Assembly: GCA_050173015.1 (NCBI GenBank)
Contig: JBFXLE010000015.1
Coordinates: 1 to 64,000 of the forward strand
Length of the DNA: 64,000 nucleotides
Direction: 5' to 3'
From: Calditrichaceae bacterium
Lineage (GTDB): Bacteria; Calditrichota; Calditrichia; Calditrichales; JBFXGD01
Translations under genes and position numbers: made by a program
The notes under the pieces: generated by a model
What the model saw: only the letters and a program-made list of their open reading frames with translations
Told to the model about the DNA's origin: nothing
Databases searched by the model: none
Shown: positions 42,686 through 51,450 of the stretch, in pieces
How the letters are laid out: each line of letters starts with the position of its first letter
How positions within the stretch are numbered: the stretch's first letter is position 1

Positions 42686-43723
42686 TTATGGATTAACTCC
42701 GGTTGTTACCGGGTAGTCATGACCGGTTGCTTCGCTGAATGGCGCTACTCCGCCTCTTGCCGCTGTGCTCTTTGTCCATGACATGATGCCATGTTTTAAA
42801 TTGACAGCATTATATCCAAGAAGATTCAAGGCCGTAGTAGCGATACCACCGGTATGCCCTGTATAACAATATACAACAAGGAGGCGAGTCGGATCAATCT
42901 TTTTTAAATTATCTTCACTGGCGATTTCTTTCCAGGGAATATTAATCGCGCCCGGAATATGACCGATAGCATAATGGTCAGCGGAACGTACGCTTATGAT
43001 CTGTGGATCATTACTGGTATCACCATCATTGATCACTCCATGAAGAACATCCGCATTGTAAGTTGCAGACCCTAGTGATGCATAAAGATCAGCTGCCGCC
43101 AGCATAATTTCATCAGCATTTGTTGATGAACTGAATTCCGGATTAGCCAGTTCATATGTTGAGGATGCATTAATTGTTGTTTCAATTTCATAATCAAAAC
43201 TGGTCGCTTCACTGAACGGCGCTACTCCGCCTCTTGCCGCTTCATCTTTGGTCCAGTCCATAATACCAAACTTTAGATTGTAAGCGTCATAACCAAGCGC
43301 GCGCAAGATCGTTGTCGCGACACCACCGGTATGGCCAGTATAACAATAAACGGCGATTTTTCCATTATTCGGGATCGCGGCGATTCTCGCGTCAAGAGCT
43401 GCAAGTTTTTCAGTTTTCGCGATATCCCTCCAGTTGATATTGATCGCGCCCGGTATATGCCCGGCTTCATAATGAGCAGCGCTTCTGACACTGACTACCA
43501 CATAATTGTTTGAATCATCACCATCATTAATATTGTCATACAAAACCTGAGCTGTCATGATAGGAGTAACAGCTACATTTACGCTAGCGTCCACAATCGG
43601 CTGGAGTACATCAAAATCACTTGTAACCGTGCTGCTGCCGCCGTCATCGCTGTCATCAGAACAACCGATAAACATGGCAAACATTAGAGCAAAAATGAAG
43701 TACATTAATTTTTTTACCAACAT
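42686..43723 (-). CDS. Tandem rhodanese-domain (sulfurtransferase) lipoprotein
   Basis: Lipobox FIGC; two domains, each with GHIPGAINI and active-site loop YCYTGHTG. Confidence 0.92.
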   Translation of the reverse strand: MLVKKLMYFIFALMFAMFIGCSDDSDDGGSSTVTSDFDVLQPIVDASVNVAVTPIMTAQVLYDNINDGDDSNNYVVVSVRSAAHYEAGHIPGAININWRDIAKTEKLAALDARIAAIPNNGKIAVYCYTGHTGGVATTILRALGYDAYNLKFGIMDWTKDEAARGGVAPFSEATSFDYEIETTINASSTYELANPEFSSSTNADEIMLAAADLYASLGSATYNADVLHGVINDGDTSNDPQIISVRSADHYAIGHIPGAINIPWKEIASEDNLKKIDPTRLLVVYCYTGHTGGIATTALNLLGYNAVNLKHGIMSWTKSTAARGGVAPFSEATGHDYPVTTGVNP

Positions 43724-43815
43724 GATAAACCCCTCGCAATTAAAAAGTTAATATTAAAAATAATGGAATAAGGCTCTTTTCTCCCTCCCCCTTGTGAAAT
43801 TATTATCTTTATTGA

Positions 43816-43831
43816 TGCAAAGGGTGTGCCA
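43816..43831 (-). promoter_or_regulatory. Sigma-54 (-24/-12) promoter of the rhodanese-cytochrome operon
   Basis: Minus strand TGGCAC-ACCCT-TTGCA matches TGGCAC-N5-TTGCW; ~90 nt upstream of the rhodanese ATG. Confidence 0.82.
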
Positions 43832-43906
43832 ACCAGCAAAGCCTTAGTGAGTACCGTTAACTTTCTGTTTTGTTCTCGTGAAAAGCGCGGCTCAACAAAG
43901 GCATAT

Positions 43907-44021
43907 TGAAACAAAATGGTTCACACTTTCTTAAGTTGATTGATAAATATGGGGTTTTCCGATGCAACCAAAGCTTGAAACAAACTGTTTCAAAATGCTA
44001 CTTGAAACGGTTTTTGAAACA
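43907..44021. promoter_or_regulatory. Candidate enhancer-binding-protein sites (UAS)
   Basis: TGAAACA-AAA-TGGTTCA (43907-43923); perfect TTGAAACA-AAC-TGTTTCAA (43975-43993); further TGAAAC half-sites near 44003 and 44015. Confidence 0.6.
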
Positions 44022-44129
44022 CAGGAATAACTATTCACCATCAATGAGTTCAACTGGTACGTGAAGTGGCATGGATTTTTGATTTTCTGTATATTTCACG
44101 GCATATCTACTATCATAAAGTGATTTAAA

Positions 44130-44804
44130 ATGAAAACAATTTTATGTTTTGCGGCACATCCCGATGATCTTGAATTCGCATGTACAGGAACTTTACATAA
44201 ATTTTTAAAAAATGGATATGAGGCTATTTTCGTCATATTGACAAATGGAGAAAACGGCTTTAAGGCAAAAAGCGATTCCCGTGAAGAGCGTGTCGAAACC
44301 AGAAAAAAAGAACAGCTTGAAGTGGCAAAAAAAATGGGGCTGAAAGATGTTATTTTTCTGGACAAAAAAGACGGCTTCCTTGAATACGATGAAAATTTAC
44401 GTCGTAGCTTAGTTCAAATCATAAAGAAATACAGGCCTGAGATTATCTTTTCTTTTGATCCCGCTAACAATGAATTTGACAGTCTTAATCTTTTCCACCG
44501 GGATCATCGGACCGTCGCTATTGCCGTTTTTGACGCCTGCTTTGCCGCTAAAAACAACCTTATGTATCCCGGATCTCAGCATAAAGTCGAAAAAATTTAT
44601 TTCTTCGCGACAAATAAACCCAATCATTTTGAAGATATTTCTGATTTGATTGAATTCAAACTTGAACTTCTTCGATGTCATAAATCCCAGTTTCCGGATT
44701 TTGTAAAAGTCGAAAAGTACCTTAAGGAAAGGGTTTCCGTCAGTCACGGCTCGTACCAATATTGCGAGGCATTTCGTGTCATTGAAGTGAGACAGCTGAC
44801 ATAA
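44130..44804 (+). CDS. PIG-L/LmbE family deacetylase
   Basis: AHPDD, TNGE, RKKE, HRDH, HKSQ, EAF. Confidence 0.92.
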   Translation: MKTILCFAAHPDDLEFACTGTLHKFLKNGYEAIFVILTNGENGFKAKSDSREERVETRKKEQLEVAKKMGLKDVIFLDKKDGFLEYDENLRRSLVQIIKKYRPEIIFSFDPANNEFDSLNLFHRDHRTVAIAVFDACFAAKNNLMYPGSQHKVEKIYFFATNKPNHFEDISDLIEFKLELLRCHKSQFPDFVKVEKYLKERVSVSHGSYQYCEAFRVIEVRQLT

Positions 44805-44914
44805 GTCATCTTTCCGTAAAATTGCCTTTTTATCCCGCGGCAATGCCGCTGTCGTAAATTGCGCATAGGTGATGAATCCAATGCTGATGGTTAGCGGTAT
44901 TTCATAATAGCGAT

Positions 44915-44962
44915 AAAAAAATGCCCGATGATATCATCTTCTGATTTACCACCGGGCATTTT
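44915..44962. terminator. Likely bidirectional terminator
   Basis: AAAATGCCCG...CGGGCATTTT between convergent genes. Confidence 0.65.
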
Positions 44963-44989
44963 AGACTAGACCCAAAAACACATAAAAGT

Positions 44990-46357
44990 TTATTTCATCA
45001 GCAATTTCATAAAATCCGCCACGTCTTTTTCCTTTTCGATGCTCATGACGGCATCCACCAGCCGATCCCGCCTGGCCTGGCCAATCACCGGTATAACCAT
45101 CGAATCAAATTTTGAGAGCAGCGTTTTTTCATCCATTGGTTCACGGTAATCGCCCAAGGGATAATCGAGTATAATTTTATGTTTTTTACCGTCTTTTGTT
45201 TTGATTTCGGCGCTGGCCTGTTTAAGCCCCGGGAAAGTCTTTTCAAATTCAGGATCAGCGATCACTTTAATTTTGGGAAGAAAGGATCTCACTTCCTGAT
45301 CCATGATTTTTTCCGTCTTAAAGGATGCGGGAGTAACACTGCCGTCCACGATCGCGGCAGATATACAATAAGGCAGACTGTGATCTGCTGTTTCCCTGGT
45401 TCTCGGATCATATTTTGTCGGATCGGCTAATATATCCGCGGCCCGGGCTACTGTGCCTATGGTTACCTCATCGATATCGCCTTTAGCAATGTTCTGTTCC
45501 TTCATTATCTTTATCACCGCTGACAACGGTGTATGGGTCAGTGCTTCCGTCGGAAATGCTTTCATTGAACATTTGTTGATTCGGAATGTATCCCCTAAGC
45601 CGTCAGTCAGTATATTTAAATCGAACCGGCCGCCAAAAGTATCGGTCAACCCTTCTTTTCCGTCGATGACATGCGCGGGGCCTTCATAGCCTCTCTTTGC
45701 CAGCATTGCTGAATATAATCCGGCCTGTGTGGCCATAGGATCAACCGTGTTCTTCATCATGGTTAATTTTCCGGCCGTAACCGCCCCTAAGGTGAGATTA
45801 TGGCTGCCGGAAATCCCTATGGCGTGAACCATTTCCTCAACCGATAAACCCAGTACCTTGCCTGCTACTAAAGGTGAGGCAAACTGCGTAAGTGTGGCAT
45901 GATGCCATTTACGCTCCCTGATACCGGGTACGGCAAATTCACACAAACGCATTTCCCATTCATAGGCAAGGACAATCGCCGTGATTAAATCTTTACCGCT
46001 TTTGTGAAGGACTTCCGCAGGTGTCAGCGCGGCCGGTATAATATCACTTGGATGCGAAGGATCCTGATCCCAGTATATATCATTATAATCCAGCGCCCTT
46101 ATCATTAATGAGTTCAGAAGCGCCTGATTGATCATCGGTAATTTTTTATCTGAATTAATGACGGTCGCTTCCGCTTTTCCGCCCATTTCATTATAAAAAT
46201 CAAGCATAATTTCAACATCTTCCGTCTGACTTCCGCCATAAGCGCAACCGATCGAATCGAGCAGAAACCTTTTCACGTTGGTGACGGTCTCTTCCGTCAG
46301 ATTTTCATATTTTAGTTCTTTTGTAAACTCAGCAAGTTCATAAGTGATATTTTGCAT
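44990..46357 (-). CDS. MmgE/PrpD family protein (2-methylcitrate dehydratase-like)
   Basis: DSIGC, RALDYND, SHPSD, KWHH, TADHSLPY. Confidence 0.92.
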   Translation of the reverse strand: MQNITYELAEFTKELKYENLTEETVTNVKRFLLDSIGCAYGGSQTEDVEIMLDFYNEMGGKAEATVINSDKKLPMINQALLNSLMIRALDYNDIYWDQDPSHPSDIIPAALTPAEVLHKSGKDLITAIVLAYEWEMRLCEFAVPGIRERKWHHATLTQFASPLVAGKVLGLSVEEMVHAIGISGSHNLTLGAVTAGKLTMMKNTVDPMATQAGLYSAMLAKRGYEGPAHVIDGKEGLTDTFGGRFDLNILTDGLGDTFRINKCSMKAFPTEALTHTPLSAVIKIMKEQNIAKGDIDEVTIGTVARAADILADPTKYDPRTRETADHSLPYCISAAIVDGSVTPASFKTEKIMDQEVRSFLPKIKVIADPEFEKTFPGLKQASAEIKTKDGKKHKIILDYPLGDYREPMDEKTLLSKFDSMVIPVIGQARRDRLVDAVMSIEKEKDVADFMKLLMK

Positions 46358-46457
46358 TTTTCCTCCGCTGCAAAACAGAGCGGGATAAACGTAAGCTTAC
46401 CCCGCCATAATTAATTTTTTATCAATGCTTAAAACATGTTCAGGCGCCTGACGATCA

Positions 46458-47576
46458 TCAGAGATTCCGAGCCACTTCTTCCGCCACCTCGAGCGAAGTG
46501 TTCTTCCCGTCCATATCGTATGTTTTAACTTTTCCTTCTTTTATTACTTTTGCAATTGCTTTTTCAAGCCGGTCAGCATCCTTCTTTTCACCCAGCCAGT
46601 CTAACATCAACTTTGCGGTCAGCAGCATGGCCATTGGATTAACCTTATACTGTCCCGCGTATTTTGGAGCTGAGCCGTGAGTCGGTTCAAAAACGGCATA
46701 ATCGTCACCAATGTTTCCGCTGGAAGCAAATCCCAAACCGCCTACCAGCTGAGCCGCCAGATCCGAAAGGATGTCACCGAACATGTTTTCGGCAACCAGC
46801 ACATCATAATCAAAAGGATTTTTCAGCAGCCACATCGTCTGGGCATCAATATTGGTTTCCCACATTTGGATATCAGGATATTTTTTTGCCACTTCACGCG
46901 CCGTCCGTACCATTAAACCGCCCGTTTCACGAAGTACATTCGGCTTATCTACGACCGTGACCGATTTCCGGCCGTGTTTTTTCGCGTATTCAAATGCCCT
47001 GGTGACAATATTATCGCATTTCTGCCGGCTCATAATCCGTGTGGACATAGCCAGATTATCGAGTCCGTACTGACCGAATTTTTTCATTTTCGGATGATTT
47101 TTACTCAAAACATCAAACACTTCCTGCGGAATTGGATGAAATTCCACACCGCCGTACATTCCCTCCGTGTTTTCACGAAAAATGACCAGATCGATTCCCT
47201 CTTTGAAATTCAGCGGATTGCCCGGATACGCTTTACATGGTCTTAAATTCGTATGCAGATTAAATTCCTGGCGTAAACGAACAATCGGCGAAAAATACAC
47301 AAATCCTTTATCTTTCAGCTGTTCGTCAAGCTCCTTTGCCGCTTCCTCTTTTGGCTTGGAGGTAATCGCTCCAAAAAGCGCGCAATCCGTTTTTCTCATC
47401 ATATCAATAGTGCGCTGCGGCAGAGGTTCGCCCTCATGTCGCCAGAACTCCCAACCGATATCGCCGTGAATATACTCGGCGTCAAATTTCAATGCGTCCA
47501 ATACTATACGCGTCGCTTCCATCACATCGTTACCTACCCCGTCACCGGGGAGCCAGGCGATCTTATACTTCGACAT
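46458..47576 (-). CDS. Isocitrate/isopropylmalate (beta-decarboxylating) dehydrogenase family protein
   Basis: PGDGVG, RENTEG, NMFGDILSD, FEPTHGSAP, NPMA. Confidence 0.93.
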   Translation of the reverse strand: MSKYKIAWLPGDGVGNDVMEATRIVLDALKFDAEYIHGDIGWEFWRHEGEPLPQRTIDMMRKTDCALFGAITSKPKEEAAKELDEQLKDKGFVYFSPIVRLRQEFNLHTNLRPCKAYPGNPLNFKEGIDLVIFRENTEGMYGGVEFHPIPQEVFDVLSKNHPKMKKFGQYGLDNLAMSTRIMSRQKCDNIVTRAFEYAKKHGRKSVTVVDKPNVLRETGGLMVRTAREVAKKYPDIQMWETNIDAQTMWLLKNPFDYDVLVAENMFGDILSDLAAQLVGGLGFASSGNIGDDYAVFEPTHGSAPKYAGQYKVNPMAMLLTAKLMLDWLGEKKDADRLEKAIAKVIKEGKVKTYDMDGKNTSLEVAEEVARNL

Positions 47577-47736
47577 TTTTCACCCCTTTTAATTTTTGAC
47601 AATCCGACATGGAAAAGCGCCGGATTTCATTTGATGATTTTTATATTTTATCACAATTTTCACTCATTATACGGTATATTCAGGCGATTCATCGTCAGAT
47701 ATACCGGAAACCGCCGAATCAGTTCATCAACTAAAT

Positions 47737-48273
47737 TTATTTTACAAGTTCAAAATCTATAAAATCCACATGGTGAAAAATAATCGCTTCCGGTGAGCGT
47801 TTTTCTCCCGCTCCCTCTTTGGAATGAACCGCTATGATATGCATAACTTCTGACTGTATGCCATGTTTGAAGGCCAGTCCCACACCGCTAAACGGATGTC
47901 TGATATGCTTTCCGTATTCGCTTTTAATGATGGTCCCGTCAGCCTTTTTTTCAAACTCAAAAAGTTTTCCCACATCGGCGAGCAGCGAACCGGCGATCAA
48001 ATAATCTCTGTTAACCGCTGTTTTTCTTGAACCGTAAGCATCATCAAGGACCTTATCACAGGCGATGGCCATTTTGCAGCAGGTTCTGACATGTTCGATA
48101 AAATGTATTTTTACATTATCTGCCAGCAGGGTAAATGGAATGGATTTTAACTCCGCGTTTGTCCAGTTTCTGTATTCCACCGCTTCTGCCCAGCACGCGA
48201 TGACTTTTTCCCTTAAATGTTTTGCTTTTATTTCATTAATTTCAGGCAGTAATTCCAAAACCTGGTCACTCAT
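47737..48273 (-). CDS. HD-domain (HDIG-like) protein
   Basis: EHV...LLADVGK...RHPFSG...HS..PEA..HHVD; start inferred at MSDQV after AAGGA. Confidence 0.85.
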   Translation of the reverse strand: MSDQVLELLPEINEIKAKHLREKVIACWAEAVEYRNWTNAELKSIPFTLLADNVKIHFIEHVRTCCKMAIACDKVLDDAYGSRKTAVNRDYLIAGSLLADVGKLFEFEKKADGTIIKSEYGKHIRHPFSGVGLAFKHGIQSEVMHIIAVHSKEGAGEKRSPEAIIFHHVDFIDFELVK

Positions 48274-48444
48274 AAACAGTCCTTTCATTAATTATATCGC
48301 AAATTGAATAAAATTATAATCCTAATTATTTACCACTTCCCCCGTCGTCTCCACAAGAGCGAAAATGAACCATCCGGGATAACCGATAGGAAAATATTGA
48401 ATCATCAGAAAAATAATACGATTTTCCTGTTTTTCCCTTACTAA

Positions 48445-48463
48445 GGACACGAGTATCGTGTCC
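48445..48463. repeat. Isolated REP-like palindrome flanking the repeat array
   Basis: GGACACGA-GTA-TCGTGTCC. Confidence 0.6.
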
Positions 48464-48473
48464 CTGCTCATCA

Positions 48474-49615
48474 CTCTTTTCTCTTAACGCTCTTAAATTC
48501 TCACTTCCTGCTTCCTACTTCTTACTTTTTGTCTGAACTATGATTCGCCTGATTAATTGAAAACTCTGATTTCCGGTTTCTTAATCATCCCAATCATTAA
48601 ATCATCTTCATCCACCAGAGGCGGACAGGTCAAAGTTCAGACCATTTTCTTCTTTTATCTTAAATTCCACCCGACGCCGGAGGTGTCGCATTTTTGCAGA
48701 ACAGGGATTCCCGGTGTAATTGTACGACCCCGACGGGGTCGCGGTATGTTGCGGGGTCTGTTTTTCTACAATAATTACATCCCTTCGGGATTAGAGATTC
48801 AATTTTTCGCCCGGCTCGCCCTACACTTAACTCTTAACTCTTTTCTCTTAACGCTCTTAAATTCTCACTTCCTGCTTCCTACTTCTTACTTTTTGTCTGA
48901 ACTATGATTCGCCTGATTAAATGAAAACTCTGATTTCCGGTTTCTTAATCATCCCAATCATTTAATCATCTTCATCCACCAGAGGCGGACAGGTCAAAGT
49001 TCAGACCATTTTCTTCTTTTATCTTAAATTCCACCCGACGCCGGAGGTGTCGCATTTTTGCAGAACAGGGATTCCCGGTGTAATTATACGCCCCCTACGG
49101 AGTCGCGGTATGTTACGGGGTCCGCTTTTCTACAATAATTACATCCCTTCGGGATTAGAGATTCAATTTTTCGCCCGGCTCGCCCTACACTTAACTCTTA
49201 ACTCTTTTCTCTTAACGCTCTTAAATTCTCACTTCCTGCTTCCTACTTCTTACTTTTTGTCTGAACTATGATTCGCCTGATTAAATGAAAACTCTGATTT
49301 CCGGTTTCTTAATCATCCCAATCATTTAATCATCTTCATCCACCAGAGGCGGACAGGTCAAAGTTCAGACCATTTTCTTCTTTTATCTTAATTTCCACCC
49401 GACGCCGGAGGTGTCGCATTTTTGCAGAACAGGGATTCCCGGTGTAATTGTACGACCCTTACGGAGTCGCGGTATGTTACGGGGTCGGCTTTTCTACAAT
49501 AATTACATCCCTTCGGGATTAGAGATCCAATTTCTCGCCCGGCTCGCCCTACACTTAACTCTTAACTCTTTTCTCTTAACGCTCCTAAATTCTTACTTCC
49601 TACTTCTCACTTCCT
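48474..49615. repeat. Tandem array of three near-identical 364-nt mosaic REP-like units plus a partial unit
   Basis: GTCTGAACTATGATTCG at 48531, 48895 and 49259 (period 364); shares modules with the 1322-2812 array. Confidence 0.95.
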
Positions 49616-50380
49616 GTCATCGGGCCCGTCGTACTCTACATCGGTTGGATGGATTTTACGCATGGGCTTATATCTCAGTTTTTCCTCATAAACATGCGCC
49701 ACCAGACCGGGAACCCTGGCGATCATAAAAAAGGCGTTTGCCAGCATGGGATCAAAATCCATTTCACACAGCAGCGCCGCAATCGCGCCGTCCACATTTA
49801 ACGGTAAAGATTTTCCTGTTTCCATTTTTAGCATTTTGACAAATGCATTAACCATCTGAACATAATCCCCGGCTATGCCCAGCTCATCAGCAATTTTGAA
49901 CAGTTTTTTTGTGCGTGGATCATCAGTGTGCAACCGATGGCCAAAGCCAGACAACCGTTTCTTGATCGCCTGGTAATCATCGATTACGCTTTTTGCCGCC
50001 GCGTCAAAACTTTGGCCGTCGTTTTTCACCAGATCCATTCCCTGACGAAGAATATGCATACAATCTTCGATCGCGCCTCCATGGTACTTGGATATTGATA
50101 AAATTCCGGCTGCCACAGCCGCGTTCATCGGCGCCCCGGTAGAAGCGACGGTCAGCGCGCTTAATACCGACGGCGGAGTTGTTCCATGATCTACGGATGA
50201 TACGAGAATACTCTCTATCATTTTTCCAATATTCTCTGAGGGCATATCCCCTTTGAATAAAAGGTAAATCATCTGTGCATAGCTCACCTTGCCCATTAAT
50301 TCATCCAGCTTATAACCTCTGACTGAAAGATTATTTGGTTCGACTTTTGTTATGGCCGATTTCCAGTGAAGATCAGACAT
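49607..50380 (-). CDS. Citryl-CoA lyase (citrate-synthase fold)
   Basis: DHGTTPPS, HGGAIE, GFGHRLH..DPR, LNVDGAIA. Confidence 0.88.
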   Translation of the reverse strand: MSDLHWKSAITKVEPNNLSVRGYKLDELMGKVSYAQMIYLLFKGDMPSENIGKMIESILVSSVDHGTTPPSVLSALTVASTGAPMNAAVAAGILSISKYHGGAIEDCMHILRQGMDLVKNDGQSFDAAAKSVIDDYQAIKKRLSGFGHRLHTDDPRTKKLFKIADELGIAGDYVQMVNAFVKMLKMETGKSLPLNVDGAIAALLCEMDFDPMLANAFFMIARVPGLVAHVYEEKLRYKPMRKIHPTDVEYDGPDDRK

Positions 50381-50452
50381 GATTGTCTCCTGTATTTCGT
50401 TGATTATTCAATAGTCCAGATTGAAATGTTATCCGTTTATAATCACTAAAAA

Positions 50453-51220
50453 TTACACCTTCTCAAAAAGCTCCATTGCCTCGTCTCCATATTTTTTATG
50501 GATACGGATCGTATAAATATCATGGACAATGTAATCCTTGGCCAGCATCACCAATCCTGAATTTGCCGTCCATACCGCGTTACAGGTACCGTCCTCAAGA
50601 AAATGTCCGACAATGACCTTTTTATCATCAACAATGAGGGTGATTCTCCTTCCGCCCCGTTCCAGACGGATATGATGTTCTCGCCCGTGAGGGAACTCTT
50701 TCCCGATTCCAAAATACTTCTTCCCAAAATGAACGATGGAAATCCTTACGCCATTCTTCTCTGCCAGTTTCAGACTTTCGCTTATCTCTTCAACTTCCTC
50801 ATCCCAAACCGACAAATATAGCTGTTTGCTGCTCTGTCCGATGAATTCATTCACTTTGCGGAGAATGGTATCGCGGTCCGCAATATTCCAGATATAATTA
50901 TCCGACAGCTGCTCCTCGGTGTAAACCTTATTCAGCTTATCGCTAAGCTGATCAAGGGTATGCATATAATCTCCCTTCAACCGTGAAATAATCTCATCAG
51001 GCGACACAGGGACATATTTCTTTGGTTCGGAGTCGATCGGCAAAATAACATCTTTATCGATCAGTTTATTTAATATCTGGTATATCTTTGACGCGGGAAT
51101 ACCGGAATTTTTGGCGAGCTCGTATCCGGTCACATTGGATTGCTGCACCAGAGCAAGGTACGCCTGTGACTCATATTGCGTGAATCCGATATTTTGAAGA
51201 AGCGAGATTATTTTTTTCAT
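50453..51220 (-). CDS. TrmB family transcriptional regulator
   Basis: GFTQYESQAY, TGYELAKNSGIPASKIY HTH; C-terminal effector domain. Confidence 0.92.
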   Translation of the reverse strand: MKKIISLLQNIGFTQYESQAYLALVQQSNVTGYELAKNSGIPASKIYQILNKLIDKDVILPIDSEPKKYVPVSPDEIISRLKGDYMHTLDQLSDKLNKVYTEEQLSDNYIWNIADRDTILRKVNEFIGQSSKQLYLSVWDEEVEEISESLKLAEKNGVRISIVHFGKKYFGIGKEFPHGREHHIRLERGGRRITLIVDDKKVIVGHFLEDGTCNAVWTANSGLVMLAKDYIVHDIYTIRIHKKYGDEAMELFEKV

Positions 51221-51450
51221 ATTGCCTGCATTAAATATTTTTGATTATATTGCCTACCAGAGTAGTTATTAATTTATGAATTCAATTTTGCTGTCACAAG
51301 AGGAATTTGAAAATCTTTTTCAAAACGAACTTTTTTCCTCTTTAATTTGGTTGCCGCATATGAGGGATAATCAGTAACATATGTAAATTTTTACTATAAT
51401 ACGCAACAACACAACTGCTTCTTGAAAGCCAAAAATATGCAGGAGTCATT

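Noticed and set aside
44067-44082. Possible sigma-54 promoter for the PIG-L gene (TGGCATGG...)
   Set aside because: No GC at the -12 position with the required spacing
48557-49728. ORFs inside the repeat arrays (48557, 49047, 49411; also 2319, 2417)
   Set aside because: Low-complexity L/S/F/Y translations of heptamer repeats, antisense to the flanking genes, with no RBS
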